From Candidatus Eremiobacteria bacterium (GTDB lineage: Bacteria > Vulcanimicrobiota > Vulcanimicrobiia > Vulcanimicrobiales > Vulcanimicrobiaceae), in NCBI GenBank assembly GCA_963737065.1, contig CAVTRC010000001.1, positions 96,001 to 160,000 of the forward strand: a stretch of 64,000 nucleotides of DNA, read 5' to 3'. Below, in pieces: positions 9,868 through 18,589 of this stretch (its first letter is position 1; every line of letters begins with the position of its first letter). The notes under the pieces are model-generated. The model was not told the DNA's origin and did no database searches. It was given only the letters and a program-made list of their open reading frames with translations. The position numbers and the translations under genes were made by a program.

Positions 9868-10998
9868 CTACCGCAGGTCGCGAAGCGCGCTCTGTACGAT
9901 CGCGAGGATCGGCAACGTTTGCGAACGGTTATCGCGATCGAGGCGATTGACACTGATCACGAACGACGCATCGTTTTTCTTTACGTAATACATATCCGTA
10001 CTGAACCCATTGATCGTCCCGGAATGTCCGCAAAATCCCGAACCGACGGCGACGCCTTCACCGTACTCCGTTTGTGTTCCGGCGAGCCGCTGACCGCGCA
10101 GTTGTTCCGCATGCGTCTGCGGCTTCAAGAGGCCGCCCGCGCAAAGGGCGCGGGAGAACGTAAGCAGGTCCGCAACGTTCGACACAACGGCTCCGGCCGC
10201 GCCGGCCAGCGGTGGATTGAAGAGCGTCTTGTCGACATAGCGTTTCGTTCTCGGATCCCAACCGTAGCCACGTAGTGGGCCCGGAATGGACGTCCCGCTC
10301 GGATACGACGTGTGCCGTAAGTGCAGTGGCCGAATGACGGTCTCGTTGATGAGCTCGCCGATATCCCTTCCCGTCGTTTCGCGTACGATTCCGGCAAGAA
10401 TGTCGTAGTTGAAGTCCGTATAGGCGCCCGACGTGTTCGGCGGCATGAAGTGCGGTGCGAGTTTTGCATACGAAGCGAGCTCTGCTGCGAGGTCCGGCGC
10501 GGGTGCGAGCGGCGCGTCATACACGCGCGCTAACACTTCATCGTCGTTCGGAGCCGGTATGCCGCTGCGCATTCGCAGGAGATCGTCGATCCTGATGCGG
10601 TTCGCATGCGGGAAAGCCGGATACCATCTCGCGACCGTTTCGTTTTTTCGTAGAACGCCGCGATCCACCAACGTTAGAATCGCGGTTGCGGCGAAGGCCT
10701 TTGTGATGCTCGCCACGCGAAACGGTTGGTCGAGCGTGCGCGGTATTCGCGCGGCGAGGTTTGCATAACCTTCCACAAACGTGAACCGCCCGCGCTTCGG
10801 CACGGAAATGCTCACCGTTACACTCGGAAGATCGTTTTTCTCGGCCACAGCCGCGATCGCGGCGGTCAGGCGTGCCGCTTCTTTGGGAGCAAACAAGCTG
10901 TTCGACGTCTCGACGCCGGCGCGTTGTGTACCGCCGGTCAATATGACGGCGCCGGCGCACATGAAAACCAGCACCCATTTTTGGCAGCCGTTTCTCAC
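9868..10998 (-). CDS. Serine hydrolase (beta-lactamase / D-Ala-D-Ala peptidase family)
   Basis: FRVASITK (SxxK), YTDFNY, GHSG; GTG start overlaps rimM TGA. Confidence 0.88.
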   Translation of the reverse strand: MRNGCQKWVLVFMCAGAVILTGGTQRAGVETSNSLFAPKEAARLTAAIAAVAEKNDLPSVTVSISVPKRGRFTFVEGYANLAARIPRTLDQPFRVASITKAFAATAILTLVDRGVLRKNETVARWYPAFPHANRIRIDDLLRMRSGIPAPNDDEVLARVYDAPLAPAPDLAAELASYAKLAPHFMPPNTSGAYTDFNYDILAGIVRETTGRDIGELINETVIRPLHLRHTSYPSGTSIPGPLRGYGWDPRTKRYVDKTLFNPPLAGAAGAVVSNVADLLTFSRALCAGGLLKPQTHAEQLRGQRLAGTQTEYGEGVAVGSGFCGHSGTINGFSTDMYYVKKNDASFVISVNRLDRDNRSQTLPILAIVQSALRDLR

Positions 10999-11507
10999 GA
11001 CGATACTGAATCTTCGTCTAGTAAACCCGGTGGGATGTCGACGACGACCGCTTTGTTTGCGACGTCGACGCTCTTGATGAAGGCGTCGACCATGGGCAAC
11101 ATTCGGTCGTCGACGACGAGCATGTCGCTTGCCGGATAGTGTTCCACGCGAGAGACGGTTCCGTAATGTTTTCCGCTTTCGCTGACGACGTTGCATCCGA
11201 CGAGATCGACGTCGAGATACTCGCCTTCGGCAACGTCGAGCGCTTCACGCGGCGCATAGAATGTCGCGCCGACATATTTGTCCGCGCTCGTTGCATCGGG
11301 TGCTTCATCGAGGACAATCAACAGTCGGCCCTTGTGTTCTCGTACGCTTGCGACATGGACGTTCTCGCGACGGCCGTTGACGTCGCATCGCAGTACGGCC
11401 CGCGCGAGAAACAGCGCGCGACCCGAACTCGTCGGGTCGCACTTGAGTTCTCCGCGAATCCCGAAAGTGCCGGCAATGCGGCCGATCGGGAACTCATTAT
11501 TCGCCAG
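10995..11507 (-). CDS. rimM: Ribosome maturation factor RimM (start uncertain)
   Basis: IGRIAGTFGIRGELK, GEY..DLVGC.V, LPMV..FIK.VD; follows rpsP-khpA. Confidence 0.9.
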   Translation of the reverse strand: MANNEFPIGRIAGTFGIRGELKCDPTSSGRALFLARAVLRCDVNGRRENVHVASVREHKGRLLIVLDEAPDATSADKYVGATFYAPREALDVAEGEYLDVDLVGCNVVSESGKHYGTVSRVEHYPASDMLVVDDRMLPMVDAFIKSVDVANKAVVVDIPPGLLDEDSVSS

Positions 11508-12033
11508 AGTTCGACTCGTCGAATGCGGCCGCTTCTTCTTTATCCAGAATATCGACCGAGATACGGCCTTCGGCGGTTGCGCGCACGATCGTGCGGAGCG
11601 CTTGCGCAACGCGACCACTGCGCCCAATGACTTTGCCTAAGTCTTCGGGATCGACGACGAGCTCGATCACCGGTTTGCCTTCTTCGTCGGTAAAGAGCTC
11701 GACGCTCGCGTCGTCGGGCTTTTGCACGAGCTTCTTCGCAATGAAATCGAGCAATTCGCTTGCGCGCCGTTGCGATGCCCACGGATCGGACGGTTGACGG
11801 TCGCGTCGCTCGTACGCACCGCGGCGTCCACCGCCGCCACCGTAGTCGCGCCGTGGCTTGCCGACACCCGAACGCGGCGGGCGTTCTGCGCGCGCCGGAC
11901 GCGCTTCTTCCGGTTCGACGTCGTCGATGATCGTTTCGTTCGACGCGATCTTGCGCGCGCCGAGCGTGGGACGCCGTTCGGCCTCATCGGACTCCTCGCC
12001 GAACAGGCCGAATTCGTCATCGAACGATGACAT
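11497..12033 (-). CDS. khpA: KH-domain RNA-binding protein KhpA with long N-terminal extension
   Basis: LLDFIAKKLV.KPD...VDPEDLGKVIGRSGRVAQALRTIV; between rpsP and rimM. Confidence 0.85.
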   Translation of the reverse strand: MSSFDDEFGLFGEESDEAERRPTLGARKIASNETIIDDVEPEEARPARAERPPRSGVGKPRRDYGGGGGRRGAYERRDRQPSDPWASQRRASELLDFIAKKLVQKPDDASVELFTDEEGKPVIELVVDPEDLGKVIGRSGRVAQALRTIVRATAEGRISVDILDKEEAAAFDESNSGE

Positions 12034-12323
12034 TACTCAGCGCCTTTGCGCGGAGCGCGTTTCGTCGTCGGAATCGGACCCCGTTCCATAATGCCCTTCT
12101 CCGCGAAGAGACGGCGAACGGTCTCGGTCGGCTGCGCGCCCTTGTCCAGCCACTCCTTCGCCTTGTCCGCATTCACTTCGAGCGTCTTTGGCTCGGTGCG
12201 CGGGTTGTAGTGACCGAGGATTTCGATAAAACGGCCGTCACGCGGCGCGCGCGAGTCGGCGACCACGAACCGGTACGTCGGTTGTTTCTTCGCGCCCATG
12301 CGGCGCAATCTGATCTTCACCAT
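12033..12323 (-). CDS. rpsP: 30S ribosomal protein S16
   Basis: [34 protein letters not shown]. Confidence 0.99.
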   Translation of the reverse strand: MVKIRLRRMGAKKQPTYRFVVADSRAPRDGRFIEILGHYNPRTEPKTLEVNADKAKEWLDKGAQPTETVRRLFAEKGIMERGPIPTTKRAPRKGAE

Positions 12324-12503
12324 GGTGTTCTGTGACGTGTCTTTCTTCTTTTGCGAAAAGACGCGATTAAAGCACGCGACCAGCTAGAGAGCGATTCCCC
12401 AAAGTGCCCTCCACTTCAGGGACCCCTAGAGTTAGAACGCACTCCGCTTGCTTCGCAAGCTCCGCGCCCCCGTGCAGCCGCACGGGTCCCCCAGGAATTC
12501 TTT

Positions 12504-13859
12504 TCATCGAAACATACCGGCGGGCAGCCGCGGTCGTTTTCCGCCTTTTGCGCCGCCGAGTTGTTTCATCATTTTTTGCGCGCCTTCGAAGTTTTTGATC
12601 AACTTGTTGACGTCGCTCACTTGCGTGCCGGATCCGAACGCGATGCGTTTGCGCCGCGATCCGTTGAGGATGTGCGGATTGCGGCGTTCGGCGCGCGTCA
12701 TCGATGAGATAATCGCTTCGACCCGTTTGACTTCCGCCTCCGGAATATCGAAATCTTTCGGCAGCGCGCGCGAGAGGCCCGGAATCATCTTCATGATATC
12801 CGACATTGACCCGATTTTCTTCATCTGGCGCATCTGCTCGAGAAAGTCGTCGAGCGTGAAGGCATTCTTCTGTAGCTTCTGCTCGAGTTTTTTCGCTTGC
12901 TCTTCGGTGTAGATGCTCTGTGTTTTCTCGATGAGCGTGAGCACGTCGCCCATTCCGAGTATGCGCTGCGCGAGACGATCCGGATAGAACGGCTCGAGCG
13001 CCGCGAGCTTTTCACCGACGCCGACGAACTTGATCGGCGCGCCGGTTTCTTTGAAGATCGAGAGCGCCGCACCGCCGCGCGTATCGCCGTCCATCTTCGT
13101 CAGAATAACGCCCGTAATACCGAGCCGATCGTTGAAGCCTTTCGCAACGGCTGTCGCGGCTTGACCGGTCATCGCATCCGCGACGAAGAGAATCTCTTTC
13201 GGGTTGAGCGCAGCCTTGATCTTTTCGAGTTCGACCATCAAGTTTTCGTCGATCTCGAGACGGCCGGCCGTGTCAATGATCACCGTCGAAAGGCCCAGGC
13301 GCTTCGCCTCGTTGACGCCGTCGCGCGCAATCTTCACCGGGTCGCCGGCGCCTTCATCGAACACCGGCAGATCTATTTGCTTGCCGAGCGTCTTCAGTTG
13401 ATCGATTGCGGCCGGACGATAGACGTCGGCGGCAACCAGCAGCGTTCGCCGGCCCTGCTCTTTCAAACGCAGCGCGAGCTTGCCGGCTGTCGTCGTCTTC
13501 CCCGAACCCTGAAGACCGACCATCATGATGATCGACGGCGGCGCATCGGAGAACGTGAGCCGCCCTGAAGCCTGGCCCGAGCCGGGTCGAAGGCCACCAC
13601 CGAGCAAATCGACGAGATCGTCATGAACGATTTTGACGATCGTCTGCGCGGGCGTGAGCGACTCGAGGACGTTTTGCCCGATCGCTTTTTCTTTGACGCC
13701 GTTGACAAACTGTTTTGCCGCAGCGAGCGAAACGTCAGCCTCAAGAAGCGCCACGCGAACTTCGCGCAGTGCCTCGTTGACGTCGCTCTCACTGAGTTTC
13801 CCGCGGCCCGTCAACCGCGAGAAGATCGCGTTGAGCCGGTCGCTGAGTTGGTCGAACAC
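12504..13859 (-). CDS. ffh: Signal recognition particle protein Ffh
   Basis: GLQGSGKTT, DTAGR, TKMDGDTRGGAALS, M domain. Confidence 0.99.
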   Translation of the reverse strand: MFDQLSDRLNAIFSRLTGRGKLSESDVNEALREVRVALLEADVSLAAAKQFVNGVKEKAIGQNVLESLTPAQTIVKIVHDDLVDLLGGGLRPGSGQASGRLTFSDAPPSIIMMVGLQGSGKTTTAGKLALRLKEQGRRTLLVAADVYRPAAIDQLKTLGKQIDLPVFDEGAGDPVKIARDGVNEAKRLGLSTVIIDTAGRLEIDENLMVELEKIKAALNPKEILFVADAMTGQAATAVAKGFNDRLGITGVILTKMDGDTRGGAALSIFKETGAPIKFVGVGEKLAALEPFYPDRLAQRILGMGDVLTLIEKTQSIYTEEQAKKLEQKLQKNAFTLDDFLEQMRQMKKIGSMSDIMKMIPGLSRALPKDFDIPEAEVKRVEAIISSMTRAERRNPHILNGSRRKRIAFGSGTQVSDVNKLIKNFEGAQKMMKQLGGAKGGKRPRLPAGMFR

Positions 13860-13870
13860 GGTGGGTTAGG

Positions 13871-14110
13871 TTACGCTCCTGCGGTTGCCTGATCGATGCG
13901 ATTCACCGCATCGCCGACGGTCTTGATCTTTTCCGCTTCCTCGTCCGGAATGTCGATGTTGAACTCGGTCTCGAACGCCATGACCAACTCGACCTGATCG
14001 AGTGAGTCGGCACCAAGATCATCCGTAATCGAGGCTTCGGGCGTGACTTCGGATTCGTCTACGCCGAGCTGCTCTACGATGATCTTCTTGACTTTGTCGA
14101 ACGTGGACAT
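13871..14110 (-). CDS. acpP: Acyl carrier protein
   Basis: [17 protein letters not shown]. Confidence 0.99.
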   Translation of the reverse strand: MSTFDKVKKIIVEQLGVDESEVTPEASITDDLGADSLDQVELVMAFETEFNIDIPDEEAEKIKTVGDAVNRIDQATAGA

Positions 14111-14139
14111 TACAGCTCCTTATCAATAGTTCGCATAGA

Positions 14140-14886
14140 TCACATCAGCACGCCGCCGTCAACAACAATCGTTTGACCGGTGACGTACGCGCTCGAATCT
14201 GAGCAGAGGAAGGCGACCACTCTGCCGACGTCCTCAGGCGTTCCCGGGCGACCCAGTGCGGCCTGTTTGATCAGAGCCTCCCTGGCGGCGTCGGGGATCT
14301 TTTCGGTCATCGCCGTTTCGATCAGACCCGGCGCAACGGCGTTGACTCTTATGTTCCTTGAACCCAACTCCTTTGCAAGCGACTTGGCAAGCGCGAGGAG
14401 CCCCGCCTTCGACGCCGCGTACGCCGCCTGACCGGCGTTTCCGGTGAGGGCCACGATACTCGATACAAGAACGATCGAACCGGCACGTTGCTTCATCATC
14501 GGCTTCGCAACCGCGTGGCACAGGTAGAACGCGGACTTCAAATTGACGTTAAGCATGTGCTCGATGACGTCCGATTTGAGGCGCAGCAACAACGAGTCGA
14601 TCGACTGTCCGGCGTTCGCAACGGCGTAATCGATGCGCCCGAAGCGTTCGAGCGTCTCGTTGACGGCGCGGTCCATCGCGGCCTGATCAGCGACGTCCGC
14701 CGTGATCGCGTGCGCGACTGCGCCCGGACGTTCGCCGGCGCAACGCTGCGCCGTTTCATCGAGCGCGGCGCGATCGCGTCCGACGAGCACAACATCGGCG
14801 CCGTGTTTGCACAACTCCGTTGCGATCGCGCGACCGATACCGCGGCTCGCGCCCGTAACGAGTCCAACGCTGCCCTCGAAACTCAC
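14140..14886 (-). CDS. fabG: 3-oxoacyl-ACP reductase
   Basis: TGASRGIG, YAASK, GNAGQ; fab operon context. Confidence 0.95.
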   Translation of the reverse strand: MSFEGSVGLVTGASRGIGRAIATELCKHGADVVLVGRDRAALDETAQRCAGERPGAVAHAITADVADQAAMDRAVNETLERFGRIDYAVANAGQSIDSLLLRLKSDVIEHMLNVNLKSAFYLCHAVAKPMMKQRAGSIVLVSSIVALTGNAGQAAYAASKAGLLALAKSLAKELGSRNIRVNAVAPGLIETAMTEKIPDAAREALIKQAALGRPGTPEDVGRVVAFLCSDSSAYVTGQTIVVDGGVLM

Positions 14887-15827
14887 GCGGTCACGCCGGT
14901 GAGCGTCGCGCGCAACTTTTCGATGCCCGCATAATCGCTCACGATCGATGCTTTCGATGCGCCTTCCATGCGGCGCATCAGCGGGGTCAGCACGCCGCTC
15001 GCGCCAAACTCGACGATCAAATCGATGCCGTACGCGGCGATCGCGGCAGCGGTGTCATGCCAGCGCACTTCGTTCGCGATTGACAAAACGAGGTTCTTCT
15101 TGATCGTTTTGACGTCGCGATACGGCTTCGCGTCGACGTTCGAGATGACGTCGAAACGTGGCATCGAAAACGCCACGGCGTCGACCGCTTGAGCGAAGCG
15201 TTCGATTGCAGGTTCCATCAGCGCGGAATGCCACGCGCCGGAAACATTGAGCGGTACGACGCGCTTGGCCCCCGCGGCCAGCATCGCGTCGCCCGCGGCT
15301 TCGACGCCGCTCAAGTCGCCGCTGATGACGATCTGCGTCGGCGAGTTGAAATTTGCAAGTTGCACGCGTTTACCGGTCGCGACACGCGTCTCGTCGACGA
15401 CGCGGCGTATTGCGGCCGCATCGAGTCCAAGCACCGCCGACATACCGCCCGGCGCGAGCTCGGCGGCGTACTGCATCGCCTTGCCGCGTTCATCGACGAT
15501 ACGAAGCGCGTCTTCGAACGAAAGCGAACCCGCGATGCAAAGGCTACAAAACTCACCAAACGAGTGCCCCGCGCTTACAAGCGGCGCAAGGCCGTCGCCG
15601 ACCGCGTGATACAGCGCGACATTGGTCACGAAGATTGCGGGTTGACTAAATTGCGTTTCGCGCAGCTTCTCTTCGGGCCCGTTCTCCTGCAACGCGAGCA
15701 GATCGTAGCCGAGAATGGCATTCGCGCGTTCGAACAAATCGCGCGCGGTGCCGGAATTCGCAGCGACGTCGACGCCCATTCCGAGCAGCTGCGATCCTTG
15801 TCCCGGAAATACCGCTCCAACCTTCAT
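14883..15827 (-). CDS. fabD: Malonyl-CoA:ACP transacylase
   Basis: FPGQGSQ, GHSFGE, ANFNSP.QIVISG, VSGAWHS. Confidence 0.97.
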   Translation of the reverse strand: MKVGAVFPGQGSQLLGMGVDVAANSGTARDLFERANAILGYDLLALQENGPEEKLRETQFSQPAIFVTNVALYHAVGDGLAPLVSAGHSFGEFCSLCIAGSLSFEDALRIVDERGKAMQYAAELAPGGMSAVLGLDAAAIRRVVDETRVATGKRVQLANFNSPTQIVISGDLSGVEAAGDAMLAAGAKRVVPLNVSGAWHSALMEPAIERFAQAVDAVAFSMPRFDVISNVDAKPYRDVKTIKKNLVLSIANEVRWHDTAAAIAAYGIDLIVEFGASGVLTPLMRRMEGASKASIVSDYAGIEKLRATLTGVTA

Positions 15828-15852
15828 CTGTAATCCGGCGCCTCGCGAAGGA

Positions 15853-16833
15853 TCACTGCCACTTCCACGCTACGGCACCCCACGAGAGACCGCCGCCGAA
15901 GCCGACGAAAACAATTGTATCGCCGGGCTTTATGCGGCCGCCGGCGACGGCTTCCGAGAGCGCGATCGGAATCGACGCGGCCGACGTGTTGCCGTACTCC
16001 TGAATGTTCGTAACGCACTTTTCAGGCGGCATGTCCAGATACTTCATGGCTGCGTCGATAATGCGTTTATTCGCTTGATGGGGAATCAACACGTCGACGT
16101 CCGCCTTCGTCAAACGCGCTTTCGCGAGTGCCGCGTCGGTCGCTTCAATCATCTTGGTTACCGCGAACTTGAAGACTTCGCGGCCTTCCATATGAATGAA
16201 GTTCTGCTTATGTTCGAGCGCCGCACCATCGATCGGATGACGCGATCCGCCGGCTTCAACGAGCAGCAGCTCCGGCTTGCTTCCGTCTGCGCCCAGTTCC
16301 GAGCCGAGAAACGAGTCTTCTTCGGAGGCTTCGAGCACAACCGCACCAGCGCCGTCACCGAAGAGGATCGCGGTCGCGCGATCATCGCGATTCACAAGCT
16401 TCGAGAGGGTCTCCGCACCGATCAAGACGATGCGCTTAAATACGCCCGAGCGCACGAGCGACGACGCGACGGTGAGGCCGTAAATGAAACCGCTGCACGC
16501 AATCTCCATGTCGAACGCCGCTTTGTTTGGTGCGCCGAGTTTCGATGCGATGATGCACGCGGTCGCCGGAAAGAGAAAATCGGGGTAGACGGTGCACAAA
16601 ATGAACGCGTCGATATCGTTTGCTTCGAGCTTCGCATCGGTGAGCGCATTGCGCGCCGCCGACAATGCCAAATCGCTGGTCGCCTCGTGTTCCGAAGCCC
16701 AGTGCCGGCGTTTCATTCCCGTGCGGGTCGTGATCCACTCGTCGGACGTATCGAACCATTTTTCGAGTTCGAAGTTGTCGACGACACGCTCGGGCACGTA
16801 ATGCCCGACGCCGACGATCTTTACCCCGCTCAA
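15853..16833 (-). CDS. fabH: 3-oxoacyl-ACP synthase III
   Basis: ACSGFIYG, FGDGAGA, PHQAN, GNTSAASIP, GFGGGLSWG; TTG start at 16833. Confidence 0.97.
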   Translation of the reverse strand: MSGVKIVGVGHYVPERVVDNFELEKWFDTSDEWITTRTGMKRRHWASEHEATSDLALSAARNALTDAKLEANDIDAFILCTVYPDFLFPATACIIASKLGAPNKAAFDMEIACSGFIYGLTVASSLVRSGVFKRIVLIGAETLSKLVNRDDRATAILFGDGAGAVVLEASEEDSFLGSELGADGSKPELLLVEAGGSRHPIDGAALEHKQNFIHMEGREVFKFAVTKMIEATDAALAKARLTKADVDVLIPHQANKRIIDAAMKYLDMPPEKCVTNIQEYGNTSAASIPIALSEAVAGGRIKPGDTIVFVGFGGGLSWGAVAWKWQ

Positions 16834-17031
16834 GACGGTTCGGCCGTCCTTCGGACGGTCGCGCGTCCTGCGCTCCGAACCTTCACGCGCGTCCTGCGCG
16901 ACGGTTCGGCCGTCCTTCGGACGGTCGCGCGTCCTGCGCTCCGAACCTTCACGCGCGTCCTGCGCGACGGTTCGGCCGTCCTTCGGACGGTCGCGCGTCC
17001 TGCGCTCCGAACCTTCACGCGCGTCCTGCGC
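16834..17031. repeat. Three perfect tandem copies of a 66 bp structured unit
   Basis: Unit gacggttcggccgtccttcggacggtcgcgcgtcctgcgctccgaaccttcacgcgcgtcctgcgc at 16834, 16900 and 16966. Confidence 0.97.
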
Positions 17032-17036
17032 ACGGA

Positions 17037-17243
17037 TTAGTCGTGATCGTGACCGGCGTGTTCGTCGCGGATCTCGACAACCTGACGGCCATCGTACGTC
17101 CCGCAATGTCCGCAAACAAAATGCGGGCGCTTGGGCTGATGACACTGGCCGCACTCCACGGTGGTAACCGCGCTCAGCTTCCAGTTCGCCGCACGACGGC
17201 TGCGCGTTTTACTGCGCGGCGTCTTCCATTTGAGGTTCGCCAC
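17037..17243 (-). CDS. rpmF: 50S ribosomal protein L32
   Basis: KTPRSKTRSRRA..., CxxC...PH.VCxxCG.Y.GRQV. Confidence 0.97.
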   Translation of the reverse strand: MANLKWKTPRSKTRSRRAANWKLSAVTTVECGQCHQPKRPHFVCGHCGTYDGRQVVEIRDEHAGHDHD

Positions 17244-17308
17244 TGCTTTTCACCCCGACGTGGTCGCCACGTTGGGGCCCCTTTCTCTTTAAAAAGTACT
17301 CCGGCGTT

Positions 17309-17812
17309 TCACGCCTGCGCACCCCCGTGCGGCTCAGCCGCATGGGTCTCCGTTTCAGATGTGCACGAGCACGCGCCCGTGTTTCTATTCGCTCCACAGA
17401 TGCCGCACAAGCCTTTGCACTCGTCGCTGCAACGCAACCCCATCGGCATCGCGCTGAGCACCAGCTGCTGCGCCAGATCGGCGAGGTCGAGGCGGTTGCC
17501 CACCAAGACGTTGCTCTCGCCGAACGGATCGTCTTCACGATCGCCGTGCGGATCGAGCCGCTCGTCGACGTCGACCCGTACGTGCCGTTCGACGTCTTCC
17601 AAGCACGAGTCGCACAGGCCCTTGGCATCCGCTTCGACAGTCCCTTCAATATGAAGGAAGCGGTCGACGTAACGCAACTCCATATGGACCGCGCCAGGCG
17701 CCGGAAATTCCGTTCCTTCGAAGTCTTCGATCGGAACGTGATCGTCGACCAGCATGATCTGCCGGCCGCCACCGAGCAGCCCACTGATATCGACCTTGTG
17801 CGAGCGGTTCAT
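17309..17812 (-). CDS. yceD: DUF177/YceD family protein
   Basis: CDSCLE, LDLADLAQQ.VLSAMPM..RCSDECKGLCGICGANRN...CSC; upstream of rpmF. Confidence 0.9.
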   Translation of the reverse strand: MNRSHKVDISGLLGGGRQIMLVDDHVPIEDFEGTEFPAPGAVHMELRYVDRFLHIEGTVEADAKGLCDSCLEDVERHVRVDVDERLDPHGDREDDPFGESNVLVGNRLDLADLAQQLVLSAMPMGLRCSDECKGLCGICGANRNTGACSCTSETETHAAEPHGGAQA

Positions 17813-17876
17813 AAACGTATGCAAGTCGCAGGATGGGGGCCCCACCGGAACGGCGGGACCCCCACACGACTGAAAG

Positions 17877-17905
17877 ATTGTAGAACCCGCCCTCACTCTT
17901 GTCAA
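17877..17905 (-). promoter_or_regulatory. Sigma70-type promoter for yceD-rpmF-fab operon
   Basis: TTGACA-N17-TACAAT on minus strand. Confidence 0.85.
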
Positions 17906-17932
17906 ACGGCGTCGGCCGCGTGATGGCCGGGC

Positions 17933-18589
17933 ATGAACGTAAGCTTCAGCCCTCAGATCGAAACGGCCGCGCGACGGCACGGCCTCGACCCGCGCCTGCT
18001 CGCGGCCGTCGCCGCTCAGGAGACGGGAGGCCCGGGCAGCAACAGCGGCCGGAACATCATCGGCGACGGCGGTCACGGTCACGGCCTGTTCCAGATCGAC
18101 GACCGCTACCACGCGTTTGCGCGCTCGGCCGGCGCGATGAATCCGTCAGCCAACGCCGATTATGCCGCCGGCATGATCGCCGACAACCTGAAGCGCTACG
18201 GTGGAAACGTGCGCGAGGCGCTTTCCGCTTATAATGCCGGCGATCCGAACGCGACCGGCACGACGACGCAGTGGGGTGACGGAAAGGTCCTCGGCTACGC
18301 CGACTCGGTCATGCGCCACTACACGCAAATCTGCGGCGAGTCCGGTTCCACGCCCGTCGAAGAGGCACGTGCCGATCAGCCGGAGGCTACGTCAAACGCG
18401 AATGCATTGCTCAACGCACTCCTGTCGATGAGCGCATCGAACGGCGCGTGTCAACTTCCGGCGACGCCGGCGCCGAGCGCCGGAGCGTTTGCGCAACAGC
18501 GCGGGCTAGATTCAACCGGACACCGGCGTGATAAGGCAAGCGACTTCAACAACAATGACTTCAGCATCATCGGAGGCGACAACGAATGA
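17933..18589 (+). CDS. Lytic transglycosylase (SLT domain) with low-complexity C-terminal tail
   Basis: AARRHGLDPRLLAAVAAQET, GLFQID, ALSAYNAG. Confidence 0.9.
   Translation: MNVSFSPQIETAARRHGLDPRLLAAVAAQETGGPGSNSGRNIIGDGGHGHGLFQIDDRYHAFARSAGAMNPSANADYAAGMIADNLKRYGGNVREALSAYNAGDPNATGTTTQWGDGKVLGYADSVMRHYTQICGESGSTPVEEARADQPEATSNANALLNALLSMSASNGACQLPATPAPSAGAFAQQRGLDSTGHRRDKASDFNNNDFSIIGGDNE

Noticed and set aside
12324..12503. SRP RNA downstream of ffh
   Set aside because: No SRP helix-8 signature (CAGG...GGAA...AGCAG) recognised.
16834..17031. CRISPR array
   Set aside because: Units are identical and contiguous with no unique spacers; no cas genes in the window.
15715..17040. 441 aa plus-strand ORF and similar long antisense ORFs (e.g. 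52275-53675, 53753-54901)
   Set aside because: Shadow ORFs opposite well-supported genes in high-GC DNA; no recognisable motifs.
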